DNA from: a virus
Strand: one strand, 5' to 3'
UHGV virus genome: UHGV-1351068
DNA: 64,000 nt
Under the pieces are notes generated by a model. That model saw nothing but the letters and a program-made list of their open reading frames with translations. It made no database searches and was not told the DNA's origin. A program made the position numbers and the translations under genes. This document shows, in pieces, positions 32,601 to 42,982 of the stretch; the first letter of the stretch is position 1; each line of letters starts with the position of its first letter.

Positions 32601-33017
32601 TTACGCGCCAGCTTCAAACTGACGAAGGTCAATAATGTGCTTAATGCTAAAACCTCGTGACTTGATAGCATCCATTGCATCACTACAGAACTCCAAAAGA
32701 ATTCCCCAATATTGCAATTTAGTATCTACACCCAAGATTTCTTTATCAGCGCTTAAAACAGTTTTCATTTCTGATTTTTCGTATACATCCATGCATACTT
32801 CACCACCAACCTCGCCACGGCCAGTGTAATAATCCAATCGTGCTTTAAGATTTTGCTTTTTGAGGGCATCTAATCTTAACATTTCTTTTCGACAAGTCGA
32901 GTGCTTACGCACCCATTTACCATACAGAACAGGGTTATTAGCCGCTTCATACTGTAGTTTAGTCTGGTCGATAATCAAATCATTATCCAATTCATCCTGT
33001 AATTCTTCTAATCTCAT
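32601..33017 (-). CDS. uvsY: UvsY recombination mediator
   Basis: 138 aa (T4 137); synteny uvsW-uvsY-25. Confidence 0.75.
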   Translation of the reverse strand: MRLEELQDELDNDLIIDQTKLQYEAANNPVLYGKWVRKHSTCRKEMLRLDALKKQNLKARLDYYTGRGEVGGEVCMDVYEKSEMKTVLSADKEILGVDTKLQYWGILLEFCSDAMDAIKSRGFSIKHIIDLRQFEAGA

Positions 33018-33057
33018 TCTATCTCCACTCTACTGTTTCTTTGGAAGGACTAGTCCC

Positions 33058-33083
33058 ATTATACTCTACTGCTAGAGTTAGCA
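33058..33083 (-). promoter_or_regulatory. candidate MotA-dependent middle promoter for uvsY
   Basis: Minus strand reads aaTGCTAAc-N14-TATAAT then SD and uvsY ATG 33017; MotA-box-like element about 13-14 bp upstream of -10, overlapping gene 25 stop. Confidence 0.35.
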
Positions 33084-33469
33084 TTACTACGCATCTGTAT
33101 GCGTATACGCTCTAGCGTATCAGGGTCGTCTACTATAGAAAACTGCACCGTAACAATTATAGCATTATCGTCATATAACGGAAGCACATCAACCGATAGA
33201 CGATTAATCCTAGGCTCATAATTACGCACGGCAGAGACTATATTACGCTTTATCGTATCACCAGTTAATGGAGTCATGTTTTCAAATAATTCGTTTGTGA
33301 TATCACAACCAAACGCTGGGTCAAATGGCCGAGACCCCTTTCTGGTGGTTATTATTCCAAGAAGGCTATTTTTAACCGATCGTGCTCCTACCGTTTTTGA
33401 CACATCAGTATCCCAAGCAAGTCGCATTTCTGGGTCAAGGTCAGAATATAGTTTATCAATATTGCTCAT
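33059..33469 (-). CDS. 25: baseplate wedge protein gp25 (gpW/lysozyme-like fold)
   Basis: 136 aa (T4 132); synteny next to 26. Confidence 0.75.
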   Translation of the reverse strand: MSNIDKLYSDLDPEMRLAWDTDVSKTVGARSVKNSLLGIITTRKGSRPFDPAFGCDITNELFENMTPLTGDTIKRNIVSAVRNYEPRINRLSVDVLPLYDDNAIIVTVQFSIVDDPDTLERIRIQMRSNANSSSRV

Positions 33470-34095
33470 GACATAATCTTAAAGAATTCTTTAAGCCCCT
33501 TAATTACATGAATGTGAGAAATTCCGCATTCACAAGTAATGGGAACTGCTAATTGAACCTGTGGCTTCAATAGCATATTTTTGATGTTAACTACATCTTC
33601 GGTTGTAATAGCAGAATATAAATCATCGATTTCTGCATCGTTTAAATCATTAAAGTAAATCTGCTCATTTCCAACCACGATATAATCTATGCATTTTGAT
33701 ATCATCATTGGAATGTCTGAATCGTCAAAAAGACTCGGATACTTAAACTTTATCTTGAATCCCTTTAAGTCATACCAGAGGTCTTCTGGAGGATCGATTT
33801 GCGCATGTGTATAATTTAATGGCACAGGAATTTTACGCCCACAGGTGCAATTCCAGGTCACCTCATGATTAACCTCGCCTATACTATGCGCCCAAAGTAT
33901 AACTATAAGTAATTCCGATTCCTGTTTGTTTAATTCAGTGGCATTAGTGCATTCTCTGAGCAATGCTTTAATGCATTCATCGATTGTGCCGTTTTTCTTC
34001 GCTGCAATTAAATTAGCGTATTCTTCTAGTGTAAAAGCTCGGCACTGGATATTCTTGCCATTTATTCTTGTTTCAAATTTGTATGTGATGTTCAT
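33466..34095 (-). CDS. 26: baseplate hub protein gp26
   Basis: 209 aa (T4 208) using ATG 34095 preceded by SD AGAGGA (track used GTG 34101); late promoter 34116-34123. Confidence 0.7.
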   Translation of the reverse strand: MNITYKFETRINGKNIQCRAFTLEEYANLIAAKKNGTIDECIKALLRECTNATELNKQESELLIVILWAHSIGEVNHEVTWNCTCGRKIPVPLNYTHAQIDPPEDLWYDLKGFKIKFKYPSLFDDSDIPMMISKCIDYIVVGNEQIYFNDLNDAEIDDLYSAITTEDVVNIKNMLLKPQVQLAVPITCECGISHIHVIKGLKEFFKIMS

Positions 34096-34115
34096 ATCCA
34101 CTCCTCTTATTCAAA

Positions 34116-34123
34116 TATTTATA
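34116..34123 (-). promoter_or_regulatory. late promoter TATAAATA on minus strand (gene 26)
   Basis: Overlaps the gene 51 promoter in palindrome TATTTATAAATA; 20 nt upstream of gp26 ATG 34095. Confidence 0.5.
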
Positions 34124-34127
34124 AATA
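34120..34127 (+). promoter_or_regulatory. late promoter TATAAATA (gene 51)
   Basis: Exact motif 19 nt upstream of ATG 34147; part of palindrome TATTTATAAATA. Confidence 0.55.
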
Positions 34128-34146
34128 GTATAAAGAGGATTACCTT

Positions 34147-34905
34147 ATGGCCAATATAGTTAGATGCGAATTACCAGATGGTGTCCAACGTTTTAAGCCA
34201 TTTACAGTAGAAGATTATAGAGACCTTTTATTGGTTAGAAACGACATGAACACCAAGTCTGAAGAAGAACAAAAACAACTTATAGCAGAATTAATGGATG
34301 ATTATTTTCATGACCATCCTGCCGAGTATCGTCCTTATATATTTCTTAAGGTATTTCTTTCAAGTATTGGTAAAACTAAAATACCAGTCAGAATGAAGTG
34401 CCCAAAATGCGGAAAATATAAGCAGTATCTTTTTAATCTTAACCAACCTCCATTGGTAAATCCAAAAGTAGAGGTTGCTGGATTAACGCTCAAGTTCAAA
34501 AAACCCATAGAAATAATTGACGATACAGGTAAAATGATTTTAGACAACATTATATCTGTGAAGGATTCATCTGGGGAATACGCATGGAATGAATTGAGCG
34601 ATAGCAATAAATTGACCGTTATCGATGCTATAGATGTTGAAACCTTGGAAAAGATTTTATCACAGATGAAGCCCTTTAATTTTGAATTAAAAACATCATG
34701 CTGTGATACCACGACAATATTAAAATATGATAACATTGTCGATATTTTTAAGCTATTGCTACATCCTGACGAGATTTTCACATTTTATCAGATTAACCAT
34801 AGATTGGTTTCTCAGGGTAAATACGATTTGAATTCTATAATGAAAATGCTGCCTATAGAACGTGGCATAACCTTATCGCTTATTGAAAAGGACCTTAAAT
34901 CATGA
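34147..34905 (+). CDS. 51: baseplate hub assembly catalyst gp51
   Basis: 252 aa (T4 249); divergent from gene 26 with shared late promoter; paralogous to gp26 (see findings). Confidence 0.7.
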   Translation: MANIVRCELPDGVQRFKPFTVEDYRDLLLVRNDMNTKSEEEQKQLIAELMDDYFHDHPAEYRPYIFLKVFLSSIGKTKIPVRMKCPKCGKYKQYLFNLNQPPLVNPKVEVAGLTLKFKKPIEIIDDTGKMILDNIISVKDSSGEYAWNELSDSNKLTVIDAIDVETLEKILSQMKPFNFELKTSCCDTTTILKYDNIVDIFKLLLHPDEIFTFYQINHRLVSQGKYDLNSIMKMLPIERGITLSLIEKDLKS

Positions 34906-36044
34906 CAGCACAAAGATTAGGATATCCTAATATAAGCATAAAATTATATTCTGGATATGATGCGTGGCTAGCTAATAGATTCGTTGAATTAGCAGCTACA
35001 TTTATTACATTAACAATGAGAGATTCATTACGCGGGACTAATGAGGGTCTACTTCAGTTTTATGATTCGAAAAATATGCACACGCGTATGAACGGTGATG
35101 AACTAGTTCAAATATCTGTTGCAAACAGTAACACATCAAGAACGCAAACTCGAATTTACGGAATTAAACACTTTACAGTCGGTGTTGATGATAAAGGTGA
35201 TAGCATTATCACCCTTCAGCTTGGAACGCTGCATGACATAATGAATCTCAAGTTCAGTAGAGCGTTTTTTAGTTCTGCATATGAAACTATAAAAGAAATG
35301 ATAGGCGCGATATATGTTGACCAACCATTGATTGCTCCTCCTATCAACGGAATTAACGCCTACGTCCCACGAGTTCCATGGACTAGTACTCTCAAAGATT
35401 ACTTGCGATACGTTAGAAACGTAGGCATTTCTACTGATAACGACCAATTTATTTTTGCATGGGAAGATATCACTGGGATTAACATGATGGATTATGAATC
35501 AATGATATCCCAGAACCCAAATGTATTCATGTTTGGAGCTCCTCAAACAATAGGTCAGTTTGCAGCAGGATTAAAATATCCATTGGCATGGGATTTTGAA
35601 TGGCTTGTTAAATCAAACAGATATAATAGAAATCCCATGAAAAACGCAACATTTTATGCACACTCGTTTGTGGACAAAGATGTTACCCGAATTATTAATG
35701 GAGAAGGCCAAAACAGCGTATTCATTAATAGGTCAGGCGGATATTCTGACATGATTTTTAGAAATGGCTATGAAGAAGCACTACGCATTTCTACGATGGC
35801 TCAATATGACGGGTATGCTCAAACTAAATGTTACGGTAATTTTGAACTAACTCCTGGAATGAAAATCAATTTTGTTGATTTAAAGGACCAGTTCAGAACT
35901 GACTTTTATGTAGATGAAGTTATCCATGAAATATCAAATAACACATCTATAACTAACTTATATATGTTCACAAATGGCTCTGCCCTTGAACCTGTAGATT
36001 TGATTAAGGTGAAAAATGAACTTAAACGTGATTCTTCCTATTAA
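34902..36044 (+). CDS. 27: baseplate hub protein gp27
   Basis: 380 aa (T4 391); synteny 51-27-28-29. Confidence 0.75.
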   Translation: MTAQRLGYPNISIKLYSGYDAWLANRFVELAATFITLTMRDSLRGTNEGLLQFYDSKNMHTRMNGDELVQISVANSNTSRTQTRIYGIKHFTVGVDDKGDSIITLQLGTLHDIMNLKFSRAFFSSAYETIKEMIGAIYVDQPLIAPPINGINAYVPRVPWTSTLKDYLRYVRNVGISTDNDQFIFAWEDITGINMMDYESMISQNPNVFMFGAPQTIGQFAAGLKYPLAWDFEWLVKSNRYNRNPMKNATFYAHSFVDKDVTRIINGEGQNSVFINRSGGYSDMIFRNGYEEALRISTMAQYDGYAQTKCYGNFELTPGMKINFVDLKDQFRTDFYVDEVIHEISNNTSITNLYMFTNGSALEPVDLIKVKNELKRDSSY

Positions 36045-36543
36045 GAAAATAGTAATAAACGAAAAGACGATATCAATTCCAAAACTTGGATTAAAGCACC
36101 ATAATCTGATGAAAGATGTTAAGGGACCAGACGAAAACATGAATCTTCTTTTAGATTCAATTTGCCCAGGATTAACGGCAGCCGAATCCGATATCGTTGT
36201 ACTACATTTATTAGCATTTAACAACCGAATAAAAGAAACGGTTGTTAAAGATGATTTTACCTACGATTTGAATAAAGTTTACATTTGCCAACGATTAACT
36301 CAGCGGTTAGATGGTAAAGAATTCAAATTCAGAGCTCCTCCTCGTTATTCCAAACTAGGTTCAGTAGATTCAATTTTAAGCGAATTTCTTGAATCAGTAG
36401 ATGGAAAACCAATGGATATAAACTTTATGAAGCTTCCAGCTTTTGTAACAAAGTGGGCTGATGACTTAGTAAACACTATAGCCATTGATGGACCTGAAGG
36501 ACCAATCAAAGGCATGCTTAACGTAATGGAAATATTTGAATGA
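36016..36543 (+). CDS. 28: baseplate hub distal protein gp28
   Basis: 175 aa (T4 177); synteny. Confidence 0.7.
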   Translation: MNLNVILPIKKIVINEKTISIPKLGLKHHNLMKDVKGPDENMNLLLDSICPGLTAAESDIVVLHLLAFNNRIKETVVKDDFTYDLNKVYICQRLTQRLDGKEFKFRAPPRYSKLGSVDSILSEFLESVDGKPMDINFMKLPAFVTKWADDLVNTIAIDGPEGPIKGMLNVMEIFE

Positions 36544-38273
36544 CTAAGAAATCAGAAATGAATTCAATGCGTAGAAGAGTTATTGCTGACTCGGCTCCAC
36601 AGAAAAAGGCTGAGTCTCAAGCTGATGCTCAGATTAATACGCTAGAAGATATTGGTCGTCGCTTAGACGACCAACAAGCGTCTACTGATTTGATTTCGGA
36701 TGTAATAGAAACTAAATCAAATGAAATTATCAAATCAGTAGAAGATGTTTCAGCTGGTGTTGAATTAACTGCTGAAGCTTCAGAACGCACAACAGATGCT
36801 GTCTCTAAACTAAATGATACAGCATCGTTAATTAATGATAAGCTCACGAAACTTGCCGACTTGTTATCTAAAAAGCATGATGTTCAGCAAGATGTCCAAA
36901 AGACTGGTACTGGAACATCGTTAGAAACAATAACGGAACAAGTACCTGATGCTCCGGTTCAGCAGCCGCTAGAGGAATTACTCGAAAGGCTTATTCCTCC
37001 ACAGGATGATAGACGTCCTGACGCGGATTTCTTTCCTAACACAGAAGAGCAAGAGGAAAGAAAAGAACCTAACAAAGAAACTGAGGATAAGAATAAAAAG
37101 TTTCTTGGCCTAAAATTTGGAGAATTAATTAAAAGTGTTAAATCTGGTTTTGGAAAAACTATTTCATTAACAGATAAAATTAGCAGCATGCTATTTAGCT
37201 ATACTGTTAGCGCTTTGGCTCAAATGGCGAAAACTGCCGCCATGGTTTTGGGCGTGATAATGCTTATAGATTTAATTAAAGTTCATTTTAATTATTGGAC
37301 TAAACTGTTCGAAAAGAACTTTGTTGAATTTAACAAGCAAGCCAAAGAATGGGGTCCGCTATTAACAGCAATAAGCGAGATGTCGAATGAAATAGTAAAA
37401 TCATTCGTCAAAGGGGATTGGGGCGGATTAGCTAAAGCCATAGGTTCTGGATTGGTTGATGTAATTGACAAGCTCGGAGAAACTATTATGCTCGGAATGA
37501 GTAAGCTTCTTGCTGGAATGTTACGCGCATTAGGATTTAACGATTCGGCAGATAACATTGAAGGTGCTGCTTTAGACAGATTTCAAACTGTTACTGGGGC
37601 AGAACTAGATGAAGAAGATGCTAAAATGAGAGCAAAATATGTTGACCGTCAGGAAAGAGAATATGACGAACAGCCTGAATGGAAAAGAAAGCTTTCTGCT
37701 AAATTCCAAAAATTCACCGGTCAGATTGATGACGATGAATATAATAAATTGCTGAGCGGAGAGAAAAAGCAGTCAGCGTATGCAGACTTGCCAGAAGACG
37801 AACGCCTCAAAATCATCACAGCTCGTAATAATGCTGAGGCAGAACTCAAGCGTACAAAAGCATATGTTGAAAAAACTGATGCATCTGATTCCACTCGATT
37901 AGACTCTGCTAAGGATGCAGTACAAAGCACAACAACCAGATATAAAGAATTGGAGAAATTATCTCCAGAAGTTGCAAAAGATTTAAAGGTTGAATTAGAC
38001 CAATTGCAAAAGCTTCTTGATTCTAAAATATCAGAACCTGCTCCAACTGCCGAAGCTATACCTGCAACAGAACAGCCTGAGGTTAAGCAGTCTGCTTCTA
38101 TTAAAGCCGCCGCAGATAGTCGTGAAGCAGCTCGTACACGTGAATCTAATACACAGTCGCAACCTATTCAGGTTAATACCGCTGTAAATAAGAATAGCAC
38201 ATACGTTTATAGAACGCCTCCACAGACTTCAACAGCTGCTCCTGGAATGCAAGGCGCTATGAAAACCTCTTAA
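36540..38273 (+). CDS. 29: baseplate hub / tail length tape-measure protein gp29
   Basis: 577 aa (T4 590); coiled-coil, low-complexity; synteny. Confidence 0.75.
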   Translation: MTKKSEMNSMRRRVIADSAPQKKAESQADAQINTLEDIGRRLDDQQASTDLISDVIETKSNEIIKSVEDVSAGVELTAEASERTTDAVSKLNDTASLINDKLTKLADLLSKKHDVQQDVQKTGTGTSLETITEQVPDAPVQQPLEELLERLIPPQDDRRPDADFFPNTEEQEERKEPNKETEDKNKKFLGLKFGELIKSVKSGFGKTISLTDKISSMLFSYTVSALAQMAKTAAMVLGVIMLIDLIKVHFNYWTKLFEKNFVEFNKQAKEWGPLLTAISEMSNEIVKSFVKGDWGGLAKAIGSGLVDVIDKLGETIMLGMSKLLAGMLRALGFNDSADNIEGAALDRFQTVTGAELDEEDAKMRAKYVDRQEREYDEQPEWKRKLSAKFQKFTGQIDDDEYNKLLSGEKKQSAYADLPEDERLKIITARNNAEAELKRTKAYVEKTDASDSTRLDSAKDAVQSTTTRYKELEKLSPEVAKDLKVELDQLQKLLDSKISEPAPTAEAIPATEQPEVKQSASIKAAADSREAARTRESNTQSQPIQVNTAVNKNSTYVYRTPPQTSTAAPGMQGAMKTS

Positions 38274-38282
38274 GGAAAAACA

Positions 38283-39335
38283 ATGATTTTTGAAGAACTG
38301 GCCGATGGCCTTGAAAACATCAAAAAATCAGGAACTCGAATTTCCCAAGGTAAATCTAAACTGACGAATGCGCCTACCACTAAGGTGGCGCAGTTTCCGG
38401 CCGAACGCTCAGCCGGAAACGATTCCGCACAAGATATGAGAGTACATGACTTGTATCGTAACGGATTATTATTCACAGCATATGATTTTAAAGGAAGAAC
38501 TACTCCTGATTTGCGTTCATTTAGACGAGATGTAATGTTATCGTCTGTATTCGATTCACCAATGTCAGCACTGGCTAATTCATCAAGTTCTACTACAAGT
38601 ACTGCGCCGGTAGCTAATATTCTATTACCACGGTCTAAGTCAGACGTTGATTCGGTTAGCCATAAATTTAATGATGTTGGCGATTCTCTTGTTACTCGCG
38701 GCAGCGGTACTGCTACTGGTGTATTAAGCAACGTGGCTTCTACTGCGGTGTTTGGGTCGATAGAGTCTTTAACACAAGGATTAATGGCTGATAATGGTGA
38801 ACAGATTTATAACACTGCTCGTAGTATGTATGCCGGGCCTGACAACAGAACGAAAGTGTTTACTTGGGATTTAACTCCTAGGTCTGCAGATGACCTCATA
38901 CAAATTATTCGCATCTATGAAATTTTTAACTACTATTCTTACGGTGTGACGGGGAATTCATCATATGCAAAAGAAGTTAAAGCTGCTATTGATGAATGGT
39001 ATAAAGGAACACTTAAATCGGCAGCACCGGATGGAGCTAAAGTAGAAAACACTGTGTTTGAGCAAATAACATCGTTTTTAAGCAATGTTATTGTAGTTTC
39101 TAACCCAACTATTTGGACTGTTCGTAATTTTGGATATTCTACATCAATGGATGGTAGAGAGGATATATTTGGTCCATGCCAAATTCAGAGCATCCGCTTT
39201 GATAAAACACCGAACGGTCATTTTAATGGGTTAGCAATCGCTCCTAATCTTCCAAGCACATTTACGCTTGAAATTACTATGCGTGAAATACTTACTCTTA
39301 ATAGAGGGAACGTTTATATCGGAGGTATTGAATAA
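38283..39335 (+). CDS. 48: baseplate-tail tube junction protein gp48
   Basis: 350 aa (T4 364); synteny. Confidence 0.75.
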   Translation: MIFEELADGLENIKKSGTRISQGKSKLTNAPTTKVAQFPAERSAGNDSAQDMRVHDLYRNGLLFTAYDFKGRTTPDLRSFRRDVMLSSVFDSPMSALANSSSSTTSTAPVANILLPRSKSDVDSVSHKFNDVGDSLVTRGSGTATGVLSNVASTAVFGSIESLTQGLMADNGEQIYNTARSMYAGPDNRTKVFTWDLTPRSADDLIQIIRIYEIFNYYSYGVTGNSSYAKEVKAAIDEWYKGTLKSAAPDGAKVENTVFEQITSFLSNVIVVSNPTIWTVRNFGYSTSMDGREDIFGPCQIQSIRFDKTPNGHFNGLAIAPNLPSTFTLEITMREILTLNRGNVYIGGIE

Positions 39336-40261
39336 TGTTTACTCTCGAAGAATTTAAGAGTCAAGCGGCTGACATCGATTTCCAGAGAACTAATATGTTC
39401 TCTGTTGTATTCGCTACTGTACCCTCTAGTAAAACCCAGGCTCTTCTAAACGACTTTGGCGGAGAGCTGTATAATAATATGGGTTTAGATGGAAATTGGC
39501 TTGGATTGACACCAGGTGAATTCAATCAGGGTATAACAACCATAGTAACACAAGGAACTCGACAGGTTGTTCGCAAATCAGGTGTGAATACATTTATGAT
39601 TGGCGCAATGACACAGCGTGTTGTACAGTCGTTGTTAGGTGAATTCACAGTAGGTACTTATCTGCTTGATTTCTTTAACATGGCATTTCCGACAGCAGGC
39701 TTGATGGTGTATTCTGCTAAAATACCAGAGAATAGACTGTCATATGAAATGGATAAGTTCCATAACGCTCCTAACATAAAAATCACTGGAAGAGATATGG
39801 AGCCGTTGGTTCTTTCATTTAGGATGGACCCAGAAGCAAGCAACTATAGAGCAATGCAAGATTGGGTAAATGCAGTTGAAGACCCGGTGACTGGTCTGCG
39901 AGGATTGCCACAAGACGTAGAATGTGATATCCAAGTTAACCTTCATGCTAGAAATGGATTACCACATACTGTATGCCTGTTCTCAGGGGCTATGCCTGTA
40001 GCATGTGGAGCTCCCGAATTTACTTACGATGGAGAAAACACAATAGCTGTGTTTGATGTCACGTTTGCTTACCGTAGCATGCAAACAGGTTCAGTTGGAA
40101 AACAAGCCGCAATGGATTGGTTAGAAGATAAAACTATTCAGAAAATTGAGACGATTAATCCAAATCAGGGCTTGAGTGCGTCTGCTTCAAGATTGTCTCG
40201 TTTAGGCGGGGCAGGTGGTGGAATTTCTAATATCACTACTTCAACAAGCAGAATAATTTAG
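39335..40261 (+). CDS. 54: baseplate-tail tube initiator gp54
   Basis: 308 aa (T4 320); followed by hairpin terminator. Confidence 0.75.
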   Translation: MFTLEEFKSQAADIDFQRTNMFSVVFATVPSSKTQALLNDFGGELYNNMGLDGNWLGLTPGEFNQGITTIVTQGTRQVVRKSGVNTFMIGAMTQRVVQSLLGEFTVGTYLLDFFNMAFPTAGLMVYSAKIPENRLSYEMDKFHNAPNIKITGRDMEPLVLSFRMDPEASNYRAMQDWVNAVEDPVTGLRGLPQDVECDIQVNLHARNGLPHTVCLFSGAMPVACGAPEFTYDGENTIAVFDVTFAYRSMQTGSVGKQAAMDWLEDKTIQKIETINPNQGLSASASRLSRLGGAGGGISNITTSTSRII

Positions 40262-40285
40262 GGGCCTTACGGCCCCTTTGTTTTA
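40261..40285 (+). terminator. terminator after gene 54
   Basis: GGGGCC-TTAC-GGCCCC + TTTGTTTTA. Confidence 0.55.
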
Positions 40286-40561
40286 TGCAATGCAGCCAAT
40301 AAACCCTGGCTCAGTACGAAGAAGTTTCATTTCTTCAGTAGTCCAAACTACTTTAACAGGAATAATACCTTCTGCTTTACCGTTTAGAACCGCTTCAACA
40401 AACGATGGTTCAGTTGGCTTACGGAAGATATCTTGAATAAGAACCGTCGGAGTACCTTCGTTAAACCCTTCAAGCATGATAAGCACTTCTTCGTTAAACT
40501 TCTCTGCATCTTTAACATCAGCAGACCATTCAATACCGTTAAAGCGGAATACGTGTTTCAT
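40283..40561 (-). CDS. hypothetical protein (92 aa) downstream of alt
   Basis: ORF 40283..40603 trimmed to ATG 40561 (MKHVF..) with SD GAGGA; early-promoter repeat unit directly upstream. Confidence 0.5.
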   Translation of the reverse strand: MKHVFRFNGIEWSADVKDAEKFNEEVLIMLEGFNEGTPTVLIQDIFRKPTEPSFVEAVLNGKAEGIIPVKVVWTTEEMKLLRTEPGFIGCIA

Positions 40562-40620
40562 ATCAATTTCCTCATTGGTTTGTGTAAGTCTATAGTACCA
40601 CATCCTTGTGATAAGTAAAC
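40562..40620 (-). promoter_or_regulatory. early-promoter-like unit (GTTTAC-N18-TACTATAGAC) for ORF 40283..40561
   Basis: GTTGTTTAC 40615-40620 and TACTATAGAC 40588-40597 on minus strand, then SD GAGGA and ATG. Confidence 0.4.
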
Positions 40621-40624
40621 AACT

Positions 40625-42751
40625 TTATGCAAGTTTTTCTGGGATACCATCCAGGTTGATAGCACCAGCCAGTAGCTCCATGGTACGTGTGTAGCTAACC
40701 TTATCTGTAGAACGGTCCGGTGAAAAGTAAATCTCATTTAAAAAGCCTTTGAACTTGCTTTCTTCAAGAGGTTCCACTTTGCCCTGTTCCATCAAGATGT
40801 CACCATCATAGAGATGAACGGATTCATCGATTTGCTCTGGAGGAACTACCGTCATTTCTACCATGAATGTCTTGTTATTCGCTACACCAACTCCATTTCT
40901 AAAAGGAGTTCCCCATACCTTGTTAACTTTCATTGCCAACCCGCGAGGAAGAATAACTTCAGCCTCATCGCTAAAGCTTGACAAGACACCCGGGATAACT
41001 ACCTTAACTTTATCGGCCCCATGAATAACGAATCCAAACTTAAACTCATCACCATAGGCAACTTCCTCGACTCTATCAACTCTTTCCAAGTTGTCTGTTC
41101 CAATAACGGAAGATACTGCATCAATAGCTGTTTCTTTGTTTTCTAAATCAGAACTAGGTGCGTCTGGCATTAATGAATCACCAGCATTTGAATAAGCACC
41201 AAAGATAATTGGACTTAACGAAGTAGAAACATAGTTCTGGAAATAAAACATTTTAGACTCAATGTTATCTTTAAAGTCTTCATATTTTCCTCGCTGACCA
41301 CGATACAAAAGAGTGCCTGGTTCAAGACGCAAACCTTTTTCAAAGGCAGAATCGAGCGGACGAATTTTCTTGTCAATAATCGGATCGCCTAAGCTTTCCA
41401 TACCAATAAGATAGTTATTAACAAATGAATAACCAGAACCACAGTAATGATGTATTGCATCTCTTTCTTCTTCGCTTAAACGAGATTGCATTTCACGGTT
41501 ATATTCAATTGCTTTGGATATAGAATCGCCAACAATTGACACATAAGCGGATATCATATAATTGACAAGATTTTGGTATTGACGCAAAGCTCCGAAATCG
41601 TCAGCTGGAGGCATATCAAATCCACGAGTAGCTACTTCAACGATTTTACGCATTGTTTCCATAGATGCAGGATTTTTAGCTTGAGCAATAACGTCAGCAA
41701 CGTCTGAAATTCGTTGTTCAGCGATTTTCATTTTGTCTGAACCTGAAGGAATGAAAACCTTCCAGTCGTCATGCATTCTCGACATTTGGCCTACAAATAA
41801 TCGCTCAACTGCATCACCAAAATTACTTCCATATCCGCCACGAACACGATAGTGCTTGATATCATCAACATAAAAAGGAATTGATTTTTCTAATCCGGCT
41901 TTGATATCTTTTTGAAGGTCTACCGTATCGCCTTCTGCGTTTAGTACTGGAGTGTTAGTAGTTAATTCGTACCAACGTTCGCGTTTATTTTCTGGCCAAT
42001 CTTCATCAACATATGAAACAAATTTGCCGTACTGTGCTCGGATTAAATCTTTTCGAGACACTTTCATTTTACTCATTACAGCGAGTTCAGATTTCTTGTC
42101 TTCTTTTTCGCCAATGGAATTAGCCAATGCTTCGGCTTTGGTAACGCTTTCGCCGGTTTCTTTAGACACATAAACTTCGCCTACTTTGGATTCAACCTTT
42201 GTGTATAACTCATCTGAAATTTCAGGAATTCCTTCAATCTCTTCAAGTTTCTTGCCCTTGCGAACCATAATGGAATAAGCATACTTACCTTTATAGTAAG
42301 CCATGTCTTTCATTAGATTGAAACGACCACCGGTGCGAGTAGTAATCAACCGAGCAAGAATGCGTTGAATAGCTTTATCCTGTCCTTGCATTTTCTTTGG
42401 ATTAAAGCGGAACATTACTGCATCGGCTTTAATTTGTTTAACTACTTTGTTGACAGTTTCAAAGATGGTATTGATAGCACCAATCGGGTCTTGGCCTAAA
42501 CCGCCTTTAAGCGCACCGATGTTACCTTTTTCGGATACAGAGAACACGTAGACCTGGATGAATTTATCACCCATCTTGATGTTCTTAACTGCATCGCCTT
42601 GACCTGACCCGTGTACTAAGCGAATCATTAAATTGTTATTACCCGGCACCTTAATCAAAAAGACCTGTGGCACCTTAAGTTTTGGTTTAACGTTCTCGAC
42701 AGGATAGATTTTGCTATTCTCTTCATCGAAAACTTCATTTAAAAGTTCCAT
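40625..42751 (-). CDS. alt: Alt ADP-ribosyltransferase (virion-packaged)
   Basis: 708 aa (T4 682); position between 54 and 30 on opposite strand; minus-strand late promoter 42775-42782. Confidence 0.7.
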   Translation of the reverse strand: MELLNEVFDEENSKIYPVENVKPKLKVPQVFLIKVPGNNNLMIRLVHGSGQGDAVKNIKMGDKFIQVYVFSVSEKGNIGALKGGLGQDPIGAINTIFETVNKVVKQIKADAVMFRFNPKKMQGQDKAIQRILARLITTRTGGRFNLMKDMAYYKGKYAYSIMVRKGKKLEEIEGIPEISDELYTKVESKVGEVYVSKETGESVTKAEALANSIGEKEDKKSELAVMSKMKVSRKDLIRAQYGKFVSYVDEDWPENKRERWYELTTNTPVLNAEGDTVDLQKDIKAGLEKSIPFYVDDIKHYRVRGGYGSNFGDAVERLFVGQMSRMHDDWKVFIPSGSDKMKIAEQRISDVADVIAQAKNPASMETMRKIVEVATRGFDMPPADDFGALRQYQNLVNYMISAYVSIVGDSISKAIEYNREMQSRLSEEERDAIHHYCGSGYSFVNNYLIGMESLGDPIIDKKIRPLDSAFEKGLRLEPGTLLYRGQRGKYEDFKDNIESKMFYFQNYVSTSLSPIIFGAYSNAGDSLMPDAPSSDLENKETAIDAVSSVIGTDNLERVDRVEEVAYGDEFKFGFVIHGADKVKVVIPGVLSSFSDEAEVILPRGLAMKVNKVWGTPFRNGVGVANNKTFMVEMTVVPPEQIDESVHLYDGDILMEQGKVEPLEESKFKGFLNEIYFSPDRSTDKVSYTRTMELLAGAINLDGIPEKLA

Positions 42752-42774
42752 GACATATCCTCGTTAGTTTATTC

Positions 42775-42782
42775 TATTTATA
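42775..42782 (-). promoter_or_regulatory. late promoter TATAAATA on minus strand (alt)
   Basis: Between terminator hairpin 42791-42802 and alt ATG 42751 (SD GAGGA). Confidence 0.55.
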
Positions 42783-42784
42783 CG

Positions 42785-42802
42785 AAAAAAGGCCCGAAGG
42801 CC
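42785..42802 (-). terminator. terminator after gene 30 operon (minus strand)
   Basis: Minus strand GGCC-UUCG-GGCC + UUUUUUCG, immediately upstream of the alt late promoter. Confidence 0.5.
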
Positions 42803-42982
42803 TTAATTAATTATTGTTACTGTGCGCCAAACCTGTAATCCATTTACTGATTCATACGCTTCGATGTTTTCTTTGAAATTTCTTAATGTATTAATGTTAT
42901 TAAACTCAAGAACTTCGGTGTGAACAGAAATACCTCCACGCCCATCATCAGTTTTAGCAATTACTTCGTATAATACTTTCAT
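42803..42982 (-). CDS. small hypothetical protein (59 aa), translationally coupled to ligase gene
   Basis: MKVLYEVIAKTDDGRGG..; ATG overlaps ligase stop (ATGA); followed by hairpin terminator. Confidence 0.45.
   Translation of the reverse strand: MKVLYEVIAKTDDGRGGISVHTEVLEFNNINTLRNFKENIEAYESVNGLQVWRTVTIIN

Noticed and set aside
32430-32660. Plus-strand 76-aa ORF between uvsW.1 and uvsY
   Set aside because: Antisense to the 55-aa SD-bearing minus ORF and to uvsY's 3' end; no RBS; the region is a minus-strand transcription unit.
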